Part shown: piece after piece, positions 1 to 8,971 of the stretch
How the letters are laid out: the number at the start of each line of letters is the position of its first letter
How positions within the stretch are numbered: the stretch's first letter is position 1
Assembly: GCA_963422645.2 (NCBI GenBank)
Contig: CAXXVO010000004.1
Location: 320,001-384,000, forward strand
DNA from: Alphaproteobacteria bacterium
GTDB taxonomy: Bacteria; Pseudomonadota; Alphaproteobacteria; UBA828
DNA: 64,000 nt
Direction of reading: 5' to 3'
Program-made: the position numbers and the translations under genes
Notes under the pieces: model-generated
Told to the model about the DNA's origin: nothing
The model's input: only the letters and a program-made list of their open reading frames with translations
Database searches by the model: none

Positions 1-113
1 AGGGGCATCGTGAGCTGTGAAACCCGGCGACCCCAGAGGAGCACACGGGCGTCGCGTGGGTAGCGTTGTGCCGAATCCCAGAGAATTTTCACAGCAAGAA
101 CCTGGGCAGTTAC
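1..113 (+). mobile_element. Right end of an IS66-family element (copy 1; rest lies upstream of the window)
   Basis: Matches 11509-11621 and the reverse complement of the 38393 end; ends in ACCTGGGCAGTTAC. The predicted 8-bp TSD is CAAAAATA (114-121); its partner is outside the window. Confidence 0.93.
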
Positions 114-184
114 CAAAAATAAGGGGAGGCGACCGCAATCGTCGGGCCTCGGCGGCAGCGACGGAGGAAGGGGAGGAGAGCAGG

Positions 185-1459
185 ATGGCGCGAACTCTCA
201 TTGCCGATGTGACGATCTTTGACGGCTCCGGCCGCGAGCCCTTCGCGGGCGAGGTCCTGGTGCAGGGCAACCGCATCGCCAAGGTGGCGGCCGGCGGCTT
301 CCCCAGCGGCACGGCGGCCGACCGGGTCATCGACGGCGGCGGCGCCACGCTGATGCCGGGCCTGGTCAACTGCCACGGGCACCCGACCTATCCCAACATG
401 GGCGCGGACTTCTACGGCACCGGCGAGCTCCCGGTGGAGGAGCACGTCTACCGCACCATGCACAACGTGAAGGCGATGCTGGACGCGGGCTTCACCGCCT
501 CGGTCAACGGCTCTTCGGCCAAGGCCCGGCTCGATATCGCGACCCGCAACGAGATTAACGCCGGCGGCATCCCCGGCCCCCGGATGCGTGCGGCCACGCC
601 TGAGATCACGGTCACCGGCGGGCTCGGCGACCTGCGCCAGTACCACATGTACCACGAGGGCTTCGCGGTGGTCTGCGACGGGCCGGAGGAAATCCGCAAG
701 TTCTCCCGCCTGATGATTCGCGAGGGCGCGGACAGCCTCAAGCTGATGATCTCCGGCGACTTCTTCGTTCACGACACCGCCACCGGCGACATGACCGTGA
801 TGCAGGAGGACGAGATCGTCGCCTGCACCAGCATCGCTCACATCCACAAGCGGCGCGTCATCGCGCATGCGCGCACGGCTGAGGCGGTGAAGCGCTGCGT
901 GAGGCACGGGATCGACCTGATTTACCACGCCAACTTCTGCGACGAGGAGGCGCTGGACCTGCTGGAGGCGAACAAGGACCGCGTCTTCGTCAATCCGGCC
1001 ATCGGCCTCACCTACACCACCCTCTACGAGATGGCGGACTACGGGATGCCGCAGGAGAAGGCGGAGGAATGGGGCTTCAAGCGCGAGCTCGACGGTGCCA
1101 TCGCGGTCACCAGGGAGCTGCACCGGCGCGGCGTGCGCGTGCTGCCCTTCGGCGATTACGGCTTCGAGTGGAACCCGGTGGGCCGCGACGCCCGCGACCT
1201 GGAGCTCTGGCAGGAGCTCATGGGCTTCTCGTCCATCGACCTTCTCACCATGGCGACGCGCTACGGCGGCGAGTGCTTCGGCGATGCCGTGGGCCTGGTC
1301 GAGGAGGGCTATCTCGCCGACCTGATCATGGTCGACGGCGATCCGCTCGCGGACGTTCGGATTCTGCAGGATACCGACCGCATCGTCATGATCATGAAGG
1401 ACGGCGCCCTCCACAAGGAACCGGGTGCCCGCCAGCGCCAACAGGCCGCGGCCGAGTAG
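185..1459 (+). CDS. Metal-dependent amidohydrolase family protein
   Basis: GGAG-rich RBS before ATG185; TLMPGLVNCHGH metal-binding motif, AHA and HA histidine motifs, C-terminal GLVEEGYLADLIMVDGDPL. Confidence 0.9.
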   Translation: MARTLIADVTIFDGSGREPFAGEVLVQGNRIAKVAAGGFPSGTAADRVIDGGGATLMPGLVNCHGHPTYPNMGADFYGTGELPVEEHVYRTMHNVKAMLDAGFTASVNGSSAKARLDIATRNEINAGGIPGPRMRAATPEITVTGGLGDLRQYHMYHEGFAVVCDGPEEIRKFSRLMIREGADSLKLMISGDFFVHDTATGDMTVMQEDEIVACTSIAHIHKRRVIAHARTAEAVKRCVRHGIDLIYHANFCDEEALDLLEANKDRVFVNPAIGLTYTTLYEMADYGMPQEKAEEWGFKRELDGAIAVTRELHRRGVRVLPFGDYGFEWNPVGRDARDLELWQELMGFSSIDLLTMATRYGGECFGDAVGLVEEGYLADLIMVDGDPLADVRILQDTDRIVMIMKDGALHKEPGARQRQQAAAE

Positions 1460-1608
1460 GCGACGGCGTTCCCGGCCCAATCCCATCCCGGCCGGCGGCG
1501 GTTCCACGCCCAGTCAACGATCGGTCTTGAAGCGAGCCCCACTTGCTTCTATATCCGGGCCGCACGCCCGTTCAGGGCCGGATGTTGAGACCTTGTCGAG
1601 CGAGAGAG

Positions 1609-2166
1609 ATGAGCGAAGCGAAGAGCAGCAAGAAGGCAGTGAAGCCCAAGGCCGAATCGGCGCCCAAGGCCAAGGCCGAGAGCAAGAGTGCCGACACCAA
1701 GACCAAGGCGAAGGACGACGCAGGCAGCGCGGCCTCCGCGGCGCCCTCCACCGAGGCGAAGTCATCGGATGGCGCCAAGGACTCTGGCAAGGATGCCGGC
1801 AAGTCCGCCCGCGAGTCCGCCGGCGGCAAAGCCGAGGCTCACTACGGCTACTTCTCCAGCGTGAGGACGCCCGAGTACCGCAGCGGCTGGGACTCGATCT
1901 GGGGCAGCAAGAACGGCGATGATGCCGAGAATGGCGAGGAGGCGCCGCGCCAGCCGGGGGCGGCACGCGCAAGCCGGTCCGCGAAGAAGGCGCGGAAGCG
2001 CCGCGATCCCGTCACCGTCACCCTCGACCTCGACACGCTGCCGCCCGAGCTCAAGGAGGGCCTGGTCGAGCTCGCGAGCGCCGAGCTCAAGAAGTCCCGC
2101 GTGAGCTACGCCCGGCGCGACAAGGCCGGCGCCATCGACTGGCGCATCACCTGCCGCGTGGACTGA
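1609..2166 (+). CDS. Hypothetical protein with Lys/Ala/Ser-rich low-complexity N-terminus
   Basis: Strong GC3 codon bias; purine-rich leader; internal YGYFSSVRTPEYRSGWDSIW segment; no family recognised. Confidence 0.7.
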   Translation: MSEAKSSKKAVKPKAESAPKAKAESKSADTKTKAKDDAGSAASAAPSTEAKSSDGAKDSGKDAGKSARESAGGKAEAHYGYFSSVRTPEYRSGWDSIWGSKNGDDAENGEEAPRQPGAARASRSAKKARKRRDPVTVTLDLDTLPPELKEGLVELASAELKKSRVSYARRDKAGAIDWRITCRVD

Positions 2167-2239
2167 TCGCACAACCCGAGATCGCAGTACTTACGGTTAG
2201 GAGGGACCGGGCCGCGCAGCGGGCCGGAGCGCGCAACGG

Positions 2240-2336
2240 CGCGCCGCGCGAAGCGCGGAGCCAAGCGAGCGGAGCGAGCGCCCGGCGATTGAGGGAAAGG
2301 GTTAAACAAAGCGCCCGCCGCCTGAGGGCAATGATC
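2240..2336. repeat. Dispersed intergenic REP/MITE-like repeat (copy 1, with a second partial unit)
   Basis: Core AGCCAAGCGAGCGGAGCGAGCGCCCGGCG..TGAGGGAAA is shared with 13587-13627 and, inverted and partial, with 36110-36135. Confidence 0.75.
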
Positions 2337-2410
2337 GGGCGCGCGCGATATTCGTTGCAAACCGGGGCAAGTCGGTTCATCTGTAGGGAGACCACGTGGG
2401 GGCTCGGGCA

Positions 2411-2821
2411 ATGCTGAGGGTTGTCGTTTTCTGTGCCTTGCTGGTCGTTGGCGCCATGCCGCTTCATGCGGACGTCATCGACGTGGACGGCGCCGAGCTT
2501 GAGCGGTTGCGGGCGGAGGGGGTCGCCGTCATCGACGTCCGCAGGCCGGAGGAGTGGCGCAAGACCGGCGTCATCGAGGGCAGCCACCTGCTGACCTTCT
2601 TCGACAAGAAGGGGCGCTACGATTTGGACCGGTGGCTGCCGGCGCTCGCCGCGATCGCGGAGTCCGACCGACCCGTCGCGCTCATCTGCCGTAGCGGCAA
2701 TCGCAGCGGCAGGGTCGCGCACCTGCTGGACGAGCAGTTCGGATACCGGCACGTCTACAATGTGCGCGGCGGCATCCTGGGATGGCTCGACGAGGGGCGC
2801 TCCACCGTGGATCGTCAGTAG
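2411..2821 (+). CDS. Exported rhodanese-like domain protein
   Basis: Signal-peptide-like N-terminus; IDVRRPEEW..TGVIEGS, active-site loop ICRSGNRS, GGILGW. Confidence 0.88.
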   Translation: MLRVVVFCALLVVGAMPLHADVIDVDGAELERLRAEGVAVIDVRRPEEWRKTGVIEGSHLLTFFDKKGRYDLDRWLPALAAIAESDRPVALICRSGNRSGRVAHLLDEQFGYRHVYNVRGGILGWLDEGRSTVDRQ

Positions 2822-2953
2822 CGGCGGCTGATTGCGGGCTGCGAATTCCGCGGCCCGCTGGCTTTTCTGGTAGCCAGATGGAAAAAACCCGCTATATGTA
2901 GCGGGTTGGACTCGTTCGAGTCGCAACAGGGAACGACAGAGGGGCTTCCGACC

Positions 2954-3241
2954 ATGAGCAGAGCCGCATTCATCGAGAACGTCGCCAAGAAGGGCAAGAT
3001 GAGCAAGGCCGAGGCCAAGCGCACCGTAGACCTGGTGCTGGGCGAGATCGAGGCCGGGATCAAGAAGTCGAAGAAGGAAGGCCGCTACACCATCGGCAAC
3101 TTCGGCACGTTCACCATCGTCAAGCGCAAGGGGCGCAAGGGCCGCAACCCGCAGACCGGCGAAGCGATCCGCATCCGGGCCTCCAAGGCCCTCCGCTTCC
3201 GCGCCTCGGCCCAGCTTCGGAGAGCCGCCGGGGCGAAGTGA
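2954..3241 (+). CDS. HU family DNA-binding protein
   Basis: 95 aa; NFGTF...RKGRNPQTGEAIRI...FRAS HU/IHF signature. Confidence 0.95.
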   Translation: MSRAAFIENVAKKGKMSKAEAKRTVDLVLGEIEAGIKKSKKEGRYTIGNFGTFTIVKRKGRKGRNPQTGEAIRIRASKALRFRASAQLRRAAGAK

Positions 3242-3784
3242 CGACACCCCGACCGCCCCGCGACGTGAGGAGCGTCTCCCATGACAAGCTCATCCACAGG
3301 ATCCGGCGCTTCGCGGCTGCGCGAAGCTGCGAACGAGGCCGTTGCCTCTCTTCCGCGCTCCGCACCGCATGGTGCGGCCCTGGCCGGCATGTGTTTCGCG
3401 GCTCTGCTGATGGCCTCCAGCTGCGCAGTGCAGCGAGACCTTTCGGCCTTTGCTCCGGTGGAGAGTGCTGTAGCCGTGAGGGCCGGTTCGACCGATTCAC
3501 TGATCGGCAAGACCATCATCGTGGCATGGAGGGAGCGGACGGAAGTGTGTTCTCTGGGCCAAGAGTCGGCATCCGAACGGTGTGAGAGTGACGAGAGCGT
3601 CAACGAGAGGATAATTGCCGTAACTGCCCAGGTACCCCCTCTCTCTTATGGAACAAGCCAGTTCCTTTTGCGTCAACGCCCCCACGCCGCGGGGGTGCCT
3701 ACTCTCTTGAGCGCGAGAGGATGATGAACGCCGCGTCGCGAACAAGATGAGAGGACAGCGATACTCAGGATGAGCCGGAGAAGT

Positions 3785-5323
3785 TCAGGAGCGCAGTATA
3801 GGGATCAGCTGCATCGGTTCCGGGTGCGCCAGGATTTGCAGGATGTTCCAGCCTTGCTTTCGAGCGGTGACGATGACGCTGCGCATTCCGGCGAAGTTGC
3901 AGGCGCCTTGCAGGGAGCGGAAGCCGCCTGAGATCTTCTCATGCACTTTGTTCATACGGATGTCACGCTCCGCCTCGTTATTCGTGAACGGCGTGCGCAG
4001 GTCGGTGAGGAAGCGCAGGCAGCCCTCCTTATGCTTTTGAAGGCGGCGCGCGAGGTTGTGGCCGATGCGGCGTTTCTTTCGCCCTCGCTTTGCGATCTGG
4101 AGCGGCGGTTGGGCCTCATGGAAGGCGATGGCTTCTTCGAGGATACGGTCCCATGCCCTTGAGATGCGGGCCACCAGGGAGGCGGGGACTTGACGGTCTT
4201 TCTCACGGGCGAAGCGGGCGGCCCTGCGCGCGCGCTGAAGCAGGCGGTGCATGCTCGCCGCCCATTCCTCCTTCTCGATGTCGATCAGGGCCTGGAGTTC
4301 GCGCAGGTGATGTGCGTTGCAGGCGCCGTGGCGGACGCCCTTGATGGTGAAGTAGGGGGCGAAGTCGTCGTGGACGAGGATGCCTTTCAGGTTCTTTTCG
4401 ACATCGCCGCGTCCCTCGCCGATGCGCAGGACGGTGAGCAACGGGGTGCACAGCACATGGAGCCAGCGGGTACGGGCGGCGATACGCAGGCCGGTCTCGT
4501 CGAGGTGCTTGACCGGCGCCTGCGTGCGGATCAGATCGGCGACATGGTCGAGGAAGCCCTCGAAGCGCTGCGCTGTGCGCCGGCCCATGGCGGCGATCGT
4601 GGCAGTGGAGATGGACACCGCGAAGATGTCGCTCATGAGTTCGGCCAGACGCTTCTCGGGCACGAACTGGGCGTACAGCAGGTAACTCACCCAAGCGGTG
4701 ATGCGAGGGCCGTACTGGACCGGGGCGGTGACGCCCGGCGGGAAGGCGGCTCGTGTCAGCGTGCCGCATGCGCCGCAGAGGCAGCGATGGGCGCGGTGTT
4801 CGGTGACCTCGAGAGGCTGCGGCTCGGGTACGTCGAAGACCTGCCGACAGGCGGGCGCGCCTTGCCGGTCGGCGTCCGAGAGCTCGACGCCACAGCCGGA
4901 ACAGGTGGAGGGGTGGTGATCGACGACACGGTCCGGGCTGTCGCTCCGCGCGAGGGTGGTTCCCTTGTGGCCGGGCTGGCCGCCACTGGGCCCGCCGGAC
5001 TTTCCGCGCTGGCTTTGGGTGCGCCTCTGGGCTCCGCTTTTCTTCTTGAGCCCGTCGCTGGCGGGGGGCTTGCTGCTTGTGGTGCTGTTGAGGGCCGCGC
5101 TGCGCTCGAGTTCGGCGATGCGCTCGCGCAGGGCCGCGTTCTCCTGCTCGAGTGCGGCATTTTCCCGGGCGAGCGCGGTGGCTGATCGCAGCAGCCCCTG
5201 CCCCCATTCCCGGACGGCAACGACGACAGTGGTTGCGAGGGATGATGGCTCGAGAAGCTCCTTCAGGCAGCAGAAGGCCTCGTTACGGGCGGCGAGGTCT
5301 TCGTGCCAGTGCGACACCGTCAC
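3785..5323 (-). CDS. IS66 family DDE transposase (TnpC-like)
   Basis: Coiled coil, NSxxSSKPPASD, GGQPGHKG, two CxxC pairs, HLDETG, LVHDD, CNAHHLREL, FTNNEAERDIR. Likely GTG start at 5323 overlaps the MTase stop (GTGA). Confidence 0.95.
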   Translation of the reverse strand: MTVSHWHEDLAARNEAFCCLKELLEPSSLATTVVVAVREWGQGLLRSATALARENAALEQENAALRERIAELERSAALNSTTSSKPPASDGLKKKSGAQRRTQSQRGKSGGPSGGQPGHKGTTLARSDSPDRVVDHHPSTCSGCGVELSDADRQGAPACRQVFDVPEPQPLEVTEHRAHRCLCGACGTLTRAAFPPGVTAPVQYGPRITAWVSYLLYAQFVPEKRLAELMSDIFAVSISTATIAAMGRRTAQRFEGFLDHVADLIRTQAPVKHLDETGLRIAARTRWLHVLCTPLLTVLRIGEGRGDVEKNLKGILVHDDFAPYFTIKGVRHGACNAHHLRELQALIDIEKEEWAASMHRLLQRARRAARFAREKDRQVPASLVARISRAWDRILEEAIAFHEAQPPLQIAKRGRKKRRIGHNLARRLQKHKEGCLRFLTDLRTPFTNNEAERDIRMNKVHEKISGGFRSLQGACNFAGMRSVIVTARKQGWNILQILAHPEPMQLIPILRS

Positions 5324-5985
5324 GTGTCTTCGGCCTCGACGGCCATCATGGCGGCGAGCACGGCGAGGCGTTCGCCCGGCGGCAAGGCCTGGTAGCGCCG
5401 GCCCCAGTTGGCTGCCTTGCGCTTGATGCGCTGGCGGTCGGTGAAGTTCCGGCCTGCGTGGCTGGCCCAATGCATCCGGTCGGGGGCGTAGTTGAACCAG
5501 ACGACCTCGGTTCGCACCAGACCCTGGGTCGTGACCTGCAGCGCCAGCCGGCGCCATCCCGCCAGCACCTCGTCATAGAGCGCCGACGGATGGCCCGAGA
5601 TCATGACCTGGCAGGGCAGAGCCTTGAGCAGCGCGAGAAGCGCGACGTGGCCGGCCTCCTCGTACTCGAAGCGGTAGCGCTGCGCCGAGCGGCGGGTCGC
5701 GTGCAGATAGGGCGGATCGCTGTAAACTAGCTCCGGGCCCAGGAACGGGAACGAGGCCAGGAAGTCATGGGCACAGCCGTGAACCAGATCGACCGGGTAG
5801 TCGCAGACGAAGGCCTCGAGCGCCTGCGCATCGCGGTCGATGCCGATCGAACGCACGGCCGGCGGCTTGCGCTTCATCAGCGCCCCGCCCCCAAGGTGGC
5901 TTTCGATGTAGACGGAGTGCGGCGGCATCAGCGCAATCAGCGCTTGGCACAGACCTGCTGTCGCCTTCGAGCCGAAATACCCCAT
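5320..5985 (-). CDS. Dam/D12-like N6-adenine DNA methyltransferase
   Basis: N-terminal YFGSK, motif I variant ESHLGGGA, catalytic motif IV YSDPPY, later MISG..S.LY and RTEVVWFNY. Confidence 0.9.
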   Translation of the reverse strand: MGYFGSKATAGLCQALIALMPPHSVYIESHLGGGALMKRKPPAVRSIGIDRDAQALEAFVCDYPVDLVHGCAHDFLASFPFLGPELVYSDPPYLHATRRSAQRYRFEYEEAGHVALLALLKALPCQVMISGHPSALYDEVLAGWRRLALQVTTQGLVRTEVVWFNYAPDRMHWASHAGRNFTDRQRIKRKAANWGRRYQALPPGERLAVLAAMMAVEAEDT

Positions 5986-6013
5986 GGACCGCTCCCGTCA
6001 CGCGAGAGAGCAG

Positions 6014-6042
6014 TCCATAGTCCCGCAACTCTATGAGGTCAA
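6014..6042 (-). promoter_or_regulatory. Candidate sigma70 promoter for the MTase-transposase operon, overlapped by a CATAG-N10-CTATG inverted repeat
   Basis: Minus strand TTGACC-17 nt-TATGGA about 30 nt upstream of the MTase ATG, followed by a GGAG RBS; palindrome at 6016-6035. Confidence 0.45.
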
Positions 6043-6525
6043 GAACCAATCGCGGTGGCAGAACCAGACCGCGGCCGCCGCCATAATCACCGTCCTCAAC
6101 TCAGGATTGGGGTACCTGGGTAGTTACTAATTGCCATCGAGTCTGATGGGGCAACGTTTCTTTCTGACGATGGAGGCGTCATCGAGATGGCGGCTCACCA
6201 CAGCGTATCGTCCCCGTCCGAAGGTATTCGAAACAAGTCTTTCGTGCAGGGGAACCAGTATATAGCAGCGACATGGCTGGACATGTTCGACGTGCAGAAC
6301 CGATCCCGGACGATCTACGCAGTCTGGGGCGATACATGCACGGTCAAGAAGCCCGACACGCTGCGGTCCTCCGGCAGCGCGGGACAAACCCGGCGGTTCG
6401 AGGTCGAACTAATCTCGTGCGAGGTGATTTCCGGACCCTATTCGCCCTGAGGCGTGCGAGCCTGGGCGCCGGTCGCGGAAGAGGCAGCCGGGTGGCTGCC
6501 TCTCCGCGCAGACACTCCCGCGTCG

Positions 6526-7190
6526 CTACTGCCTGTGGGCGCCGAACGAGCCGGTGAGGCCACTGTCGCTGTGGTCGTCACCACTGGGTGACGAGACACC
6601 GAATATGCCAGCGACACCGGTCGGATGGTCGGTCGGCGACGCGCCGTTGCCGTAGAACGCGCCGTGCCACTGGCCATCCCAGTCCTCTCCGGCCACGCTG
6701 GCCTCTGTGTTGCCGTCGATGTGCCCTCTAGTGTTGGGCTCGTTGCCGCCATGGGACCCGACACGGATATTGGTCGACGTCAGAGTCACCGTCGAGGGCA
6801 GCAAGGACGCCACGCCGCCTTCGAAGACGAAGTTGCTCACCTCTCCGTCGATGACGCCGCTCGTGCCGAAATTAGCCTCCAGTTCGAGGTCGGCGGTGAA
6901 GGAACCGACCGTTGGGGCTCGACGTCCCGTTCGCATAGTACATGCCGACCGCTTCGCCTTCGTAAGTGGCTGTCGGTCCAGGCCCGGATGTTGGAGCTGT
7001 CGAACGGGTCACGGCCGCCTGCAAACACGCCGAAATTGTAGTTGACCGTGTCCGTCACGTCCTCCGGCACGTAGAGCCAGTGGCCGAACGCCAGGTAGTC
7101 GGCAGGCGGATCGGAACGCCACACTTGCGGGGCCACGTCCTGCGTTGTCCCGCCGTCCGGCGTAAAGGTGACGCCGGACGAGGTGGTGTG
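6526..7190 (-). pseudogene. Frameshifted C-terminal remnant of a TbpB-like beta-barrel surface lipoprotein
   Basis: DYLAFGHWLYVP, TATYEGEAVGMY, FTADLELEANF, WDGQWHGAFYG..PTGVAGIF, LTGSFGA occur in different frames (at least 2 frameshifts near 6910-6985); no N-terminus. Confidence 0.65.
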
Positions 7191-7330
7191 AGGTGGCCGC
7201 CCTACTAAGGACTTTAGTAACTGCCCAGGTCGTCTGATTTGTCATTTTGGGCCAGTGGATTGAGGCGTTTCTCGTTCGGAGTTGGTGGAAAGGGCTTGAC
7301 GGGAATTTCGGGAAATGACTCAACAACGAC

Positions 7331-8836
7331 ATGAGCAATCCCGAGTCGCCGCGCGGCCCTTCGACGGGAGCAGCGCCCGAAACGCCCGCGCAGAAGATCG
7401 CCCGCCTGGAGGAGGAGAACGCCCGGCTTCGGGAGGAAAATGCCTGGCTTCGGCAGCAGAACGCGCGGCTGGAAGAGCAAGTCGCGCGTCTCGTCGAGCG
7501 CATCGAGGAGTTGGAGCGCCGTCTCGGCCTCAACAGCGGCAACAGCGGCAAGCCGCCTTCGAGCGATGGGCTGAGGAAGCCGAATTCGAAGCGGCGAACC
7601 CGAAGCCTGCGCGGCAAATCGGGCCGCAAGCCCGGTGGCCAGCCCGGCCACAAGGGCAAGACGCTGCGCCGCGCCGATCACCCGGATCGGGTGAAGGATC
7701 ACGTCCCGGCTTCCTGCAAGGGATGCGGTTCGCCGCTTTCGGACGCGGCCAGGGCGGGAACGCCCGTCGCCCGCCAGGTGTTCGATCTGCCCGAGCCGAG
7801 CCCCCTGGAGGTGACCGAGCACCGGGCGCATGCCAAGTGCTGCGGGCATTGCGGGACGATGACCCGGGCGGCGTTCCCCGACGGGGTGTCGGCGCCGGTG
7901 CAGTACGGCCCGCGCATTGCCGGGGTGGCGGTCTACCTTCAGCACGCTCACTTCCTGCCGGAGGATCGGCTGTCGCAGGTGATGGCCGAGCTCTTCGGCG
8001 CGCCGGTGACGGCTGCGACGTTGGCGACGATGAGCGAGAGGGCGGCCGAGCGGCTGCGGGACGCGGCCTTGCACATACAGGACCTGGCGGCGGGCACGGC
8101 GCGGGTGAAACACATGGACGAGACCGGCTTGCGGATCGGCGGTCAGACGCAGTGGCTTCATGTGATCTGCACGCCGCTGCTGGCGGCGTACCGGGTCAGC
8201 GGCAAGCGCGGCGCCCTGCTCTCGGGTGTCTCCGGCATCGTCGTGCACGATCACTGGAAGCCGTACTTCGCGATGGAAGGGGTGGAGCACGGCCTGTGCA
8301 ACGCCCATCACCTGCGGGAGTTGCAGGCGCTGGTGGACATCGAAGGGGAGGCTTGGGCCCGGCGGATGCAGCAGCTCCTGCGCCGAGCCAATCGCGCCGC
8401 CCGCATCGCGCTGGACAAGGATATCGCCGTTCCGGCGAGGCTTGTGGCGCTGATCGAGCGCCGATACGACGAGATCATCGCCGATGCGCTGGCCTTTCAC
8501 GAGAGCCAACCACCGTTCTCGCCTGGCAAGAGGAAGAAGCGCCGGAAGCGAAGGATCGGTCACAATCTGGCCTTGAGGCTGCGCGACCACAAATGCGCGG
8601 TGCTCCGGTTCCTGATCGACCTCGAGGTCGGGTTCACGAACAACGAGGCCGAGCGCGACCTTCGGATGATGAAGCTGCGCCAGAAGATCTCCGGGGGCTT
8701 CCGGTCCGCGCAGGGGGCCGAGAACTTCGCCATCCTGCGCAGCGTCATCACCACCGCCAGAAAGCAGGGCTGGAATATCATCGAAGCCCTGACCAGCCCA
8801 TCGGATCGGCTCATCGCCACCGTCAAGTGCGCGTAA
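7331..8836 (+). CDS. IS66 family transposase (single-gene, ISBst12-like organisation, no tnpA/tnpB)
   Basis: Leucine-zipper N-terminus, NSGNSGKPPSSD, GGQPGHKG, zinc-finger CxxC pairs, HMDETG, VVHDHW, CNAHHLREL, FTNNEAERDLR. Confidence 0.96.
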   Translation: MSNPESPRGPSTGAAPETPAQKIARLEEENARLREENAWLRQQNARLEEQVARLVERIEELERRLGLNSGNSGKPPSSDGLRKPNSKRRTRSLRGKSGRKPGGQPGHKGKTLRRADHPDRVKDHVPASCKGCGSPLSDAARAGTPVARQVFDLPEPSPLEVTEHRAHAKCCGHCGTMTRAAFPDGVSAPVQYGPRIAGVAVYLQHAHFLPEDRLSQVMAELFGAPVTAATLATMSERAAERLRDAALHIQDLAAGTARVKHMDETGLRIGGQTQWLHVICTPLLAAYRVSGKRGALLSGVSGIVVHDHWKPYFAMEGVEHGLCNAHHLRELQALVDIEGEAWARRMQQLLRRANRAARIALDKDIAVPARLVALIERRYDEIIADALAFHESQPPFSPGKRKKRRKRRIGHNLALRLRDHKCAVLRFLIDLEVGFTNNEAERDLRMMKLRQKISGGFRSAQGAENFAILRSVITTARKQGWNIIEALTSPSDRLIATVKCA

Positions 8837-8971
8837 GCTCACCTGGCACGGGTTCTCCAACAGCGGAGCCATTCTCATAAACGATCATGGTCGACGCCGT
8901 GCTGGACCACCCCATAGAATGAAAATCGGTGCCCGTCGCGCGGGCGGACTTCGGGCCACATCGGGGTAGCT

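Larger units (their letters stand above)
3620..6127 (-). mobile_element. IS66-family element (2,508 bp) with passenger DNA methyltransferase
   Basis: 19-bp TIRs GTAACT(G/A)CCCAGGTACCCC (18/19 match); 8-bp TSD TAATTGCC at 3612-3619 and 6128-6135. Confidence 0.95.
3281..6450 (+). pseudogene. Putative lipoprotein gene interrupted by the IS66-MTase element (halves 3281-3619 and 6136-6450)
   Basis: Removing the element and one TAATTGCC copy gives a continuous frame (...NERIIA|IESDGATFLSDDGGVIEMAAHH...GPYSP*); hydrophobic stretch ending LLMASSC resembles a lipobox. Confidence 0.75.

Noticed and set aside
17-184. Extended N-termini in the ORF track (amidohydrolase from 17, SRAP from 13257, gyrB from 45378, IS66 transposase from 5557, RidA from 61595)
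   Set aside because: They run through IS ends or neighbouring genes; better starts with an RBS or family-typical N-termini lie downstream.
5320-5985. Restriction-modification system
   Set aside because: No endonuclease or specificity subunit nearby; the MTase is a solitary IS passenger.
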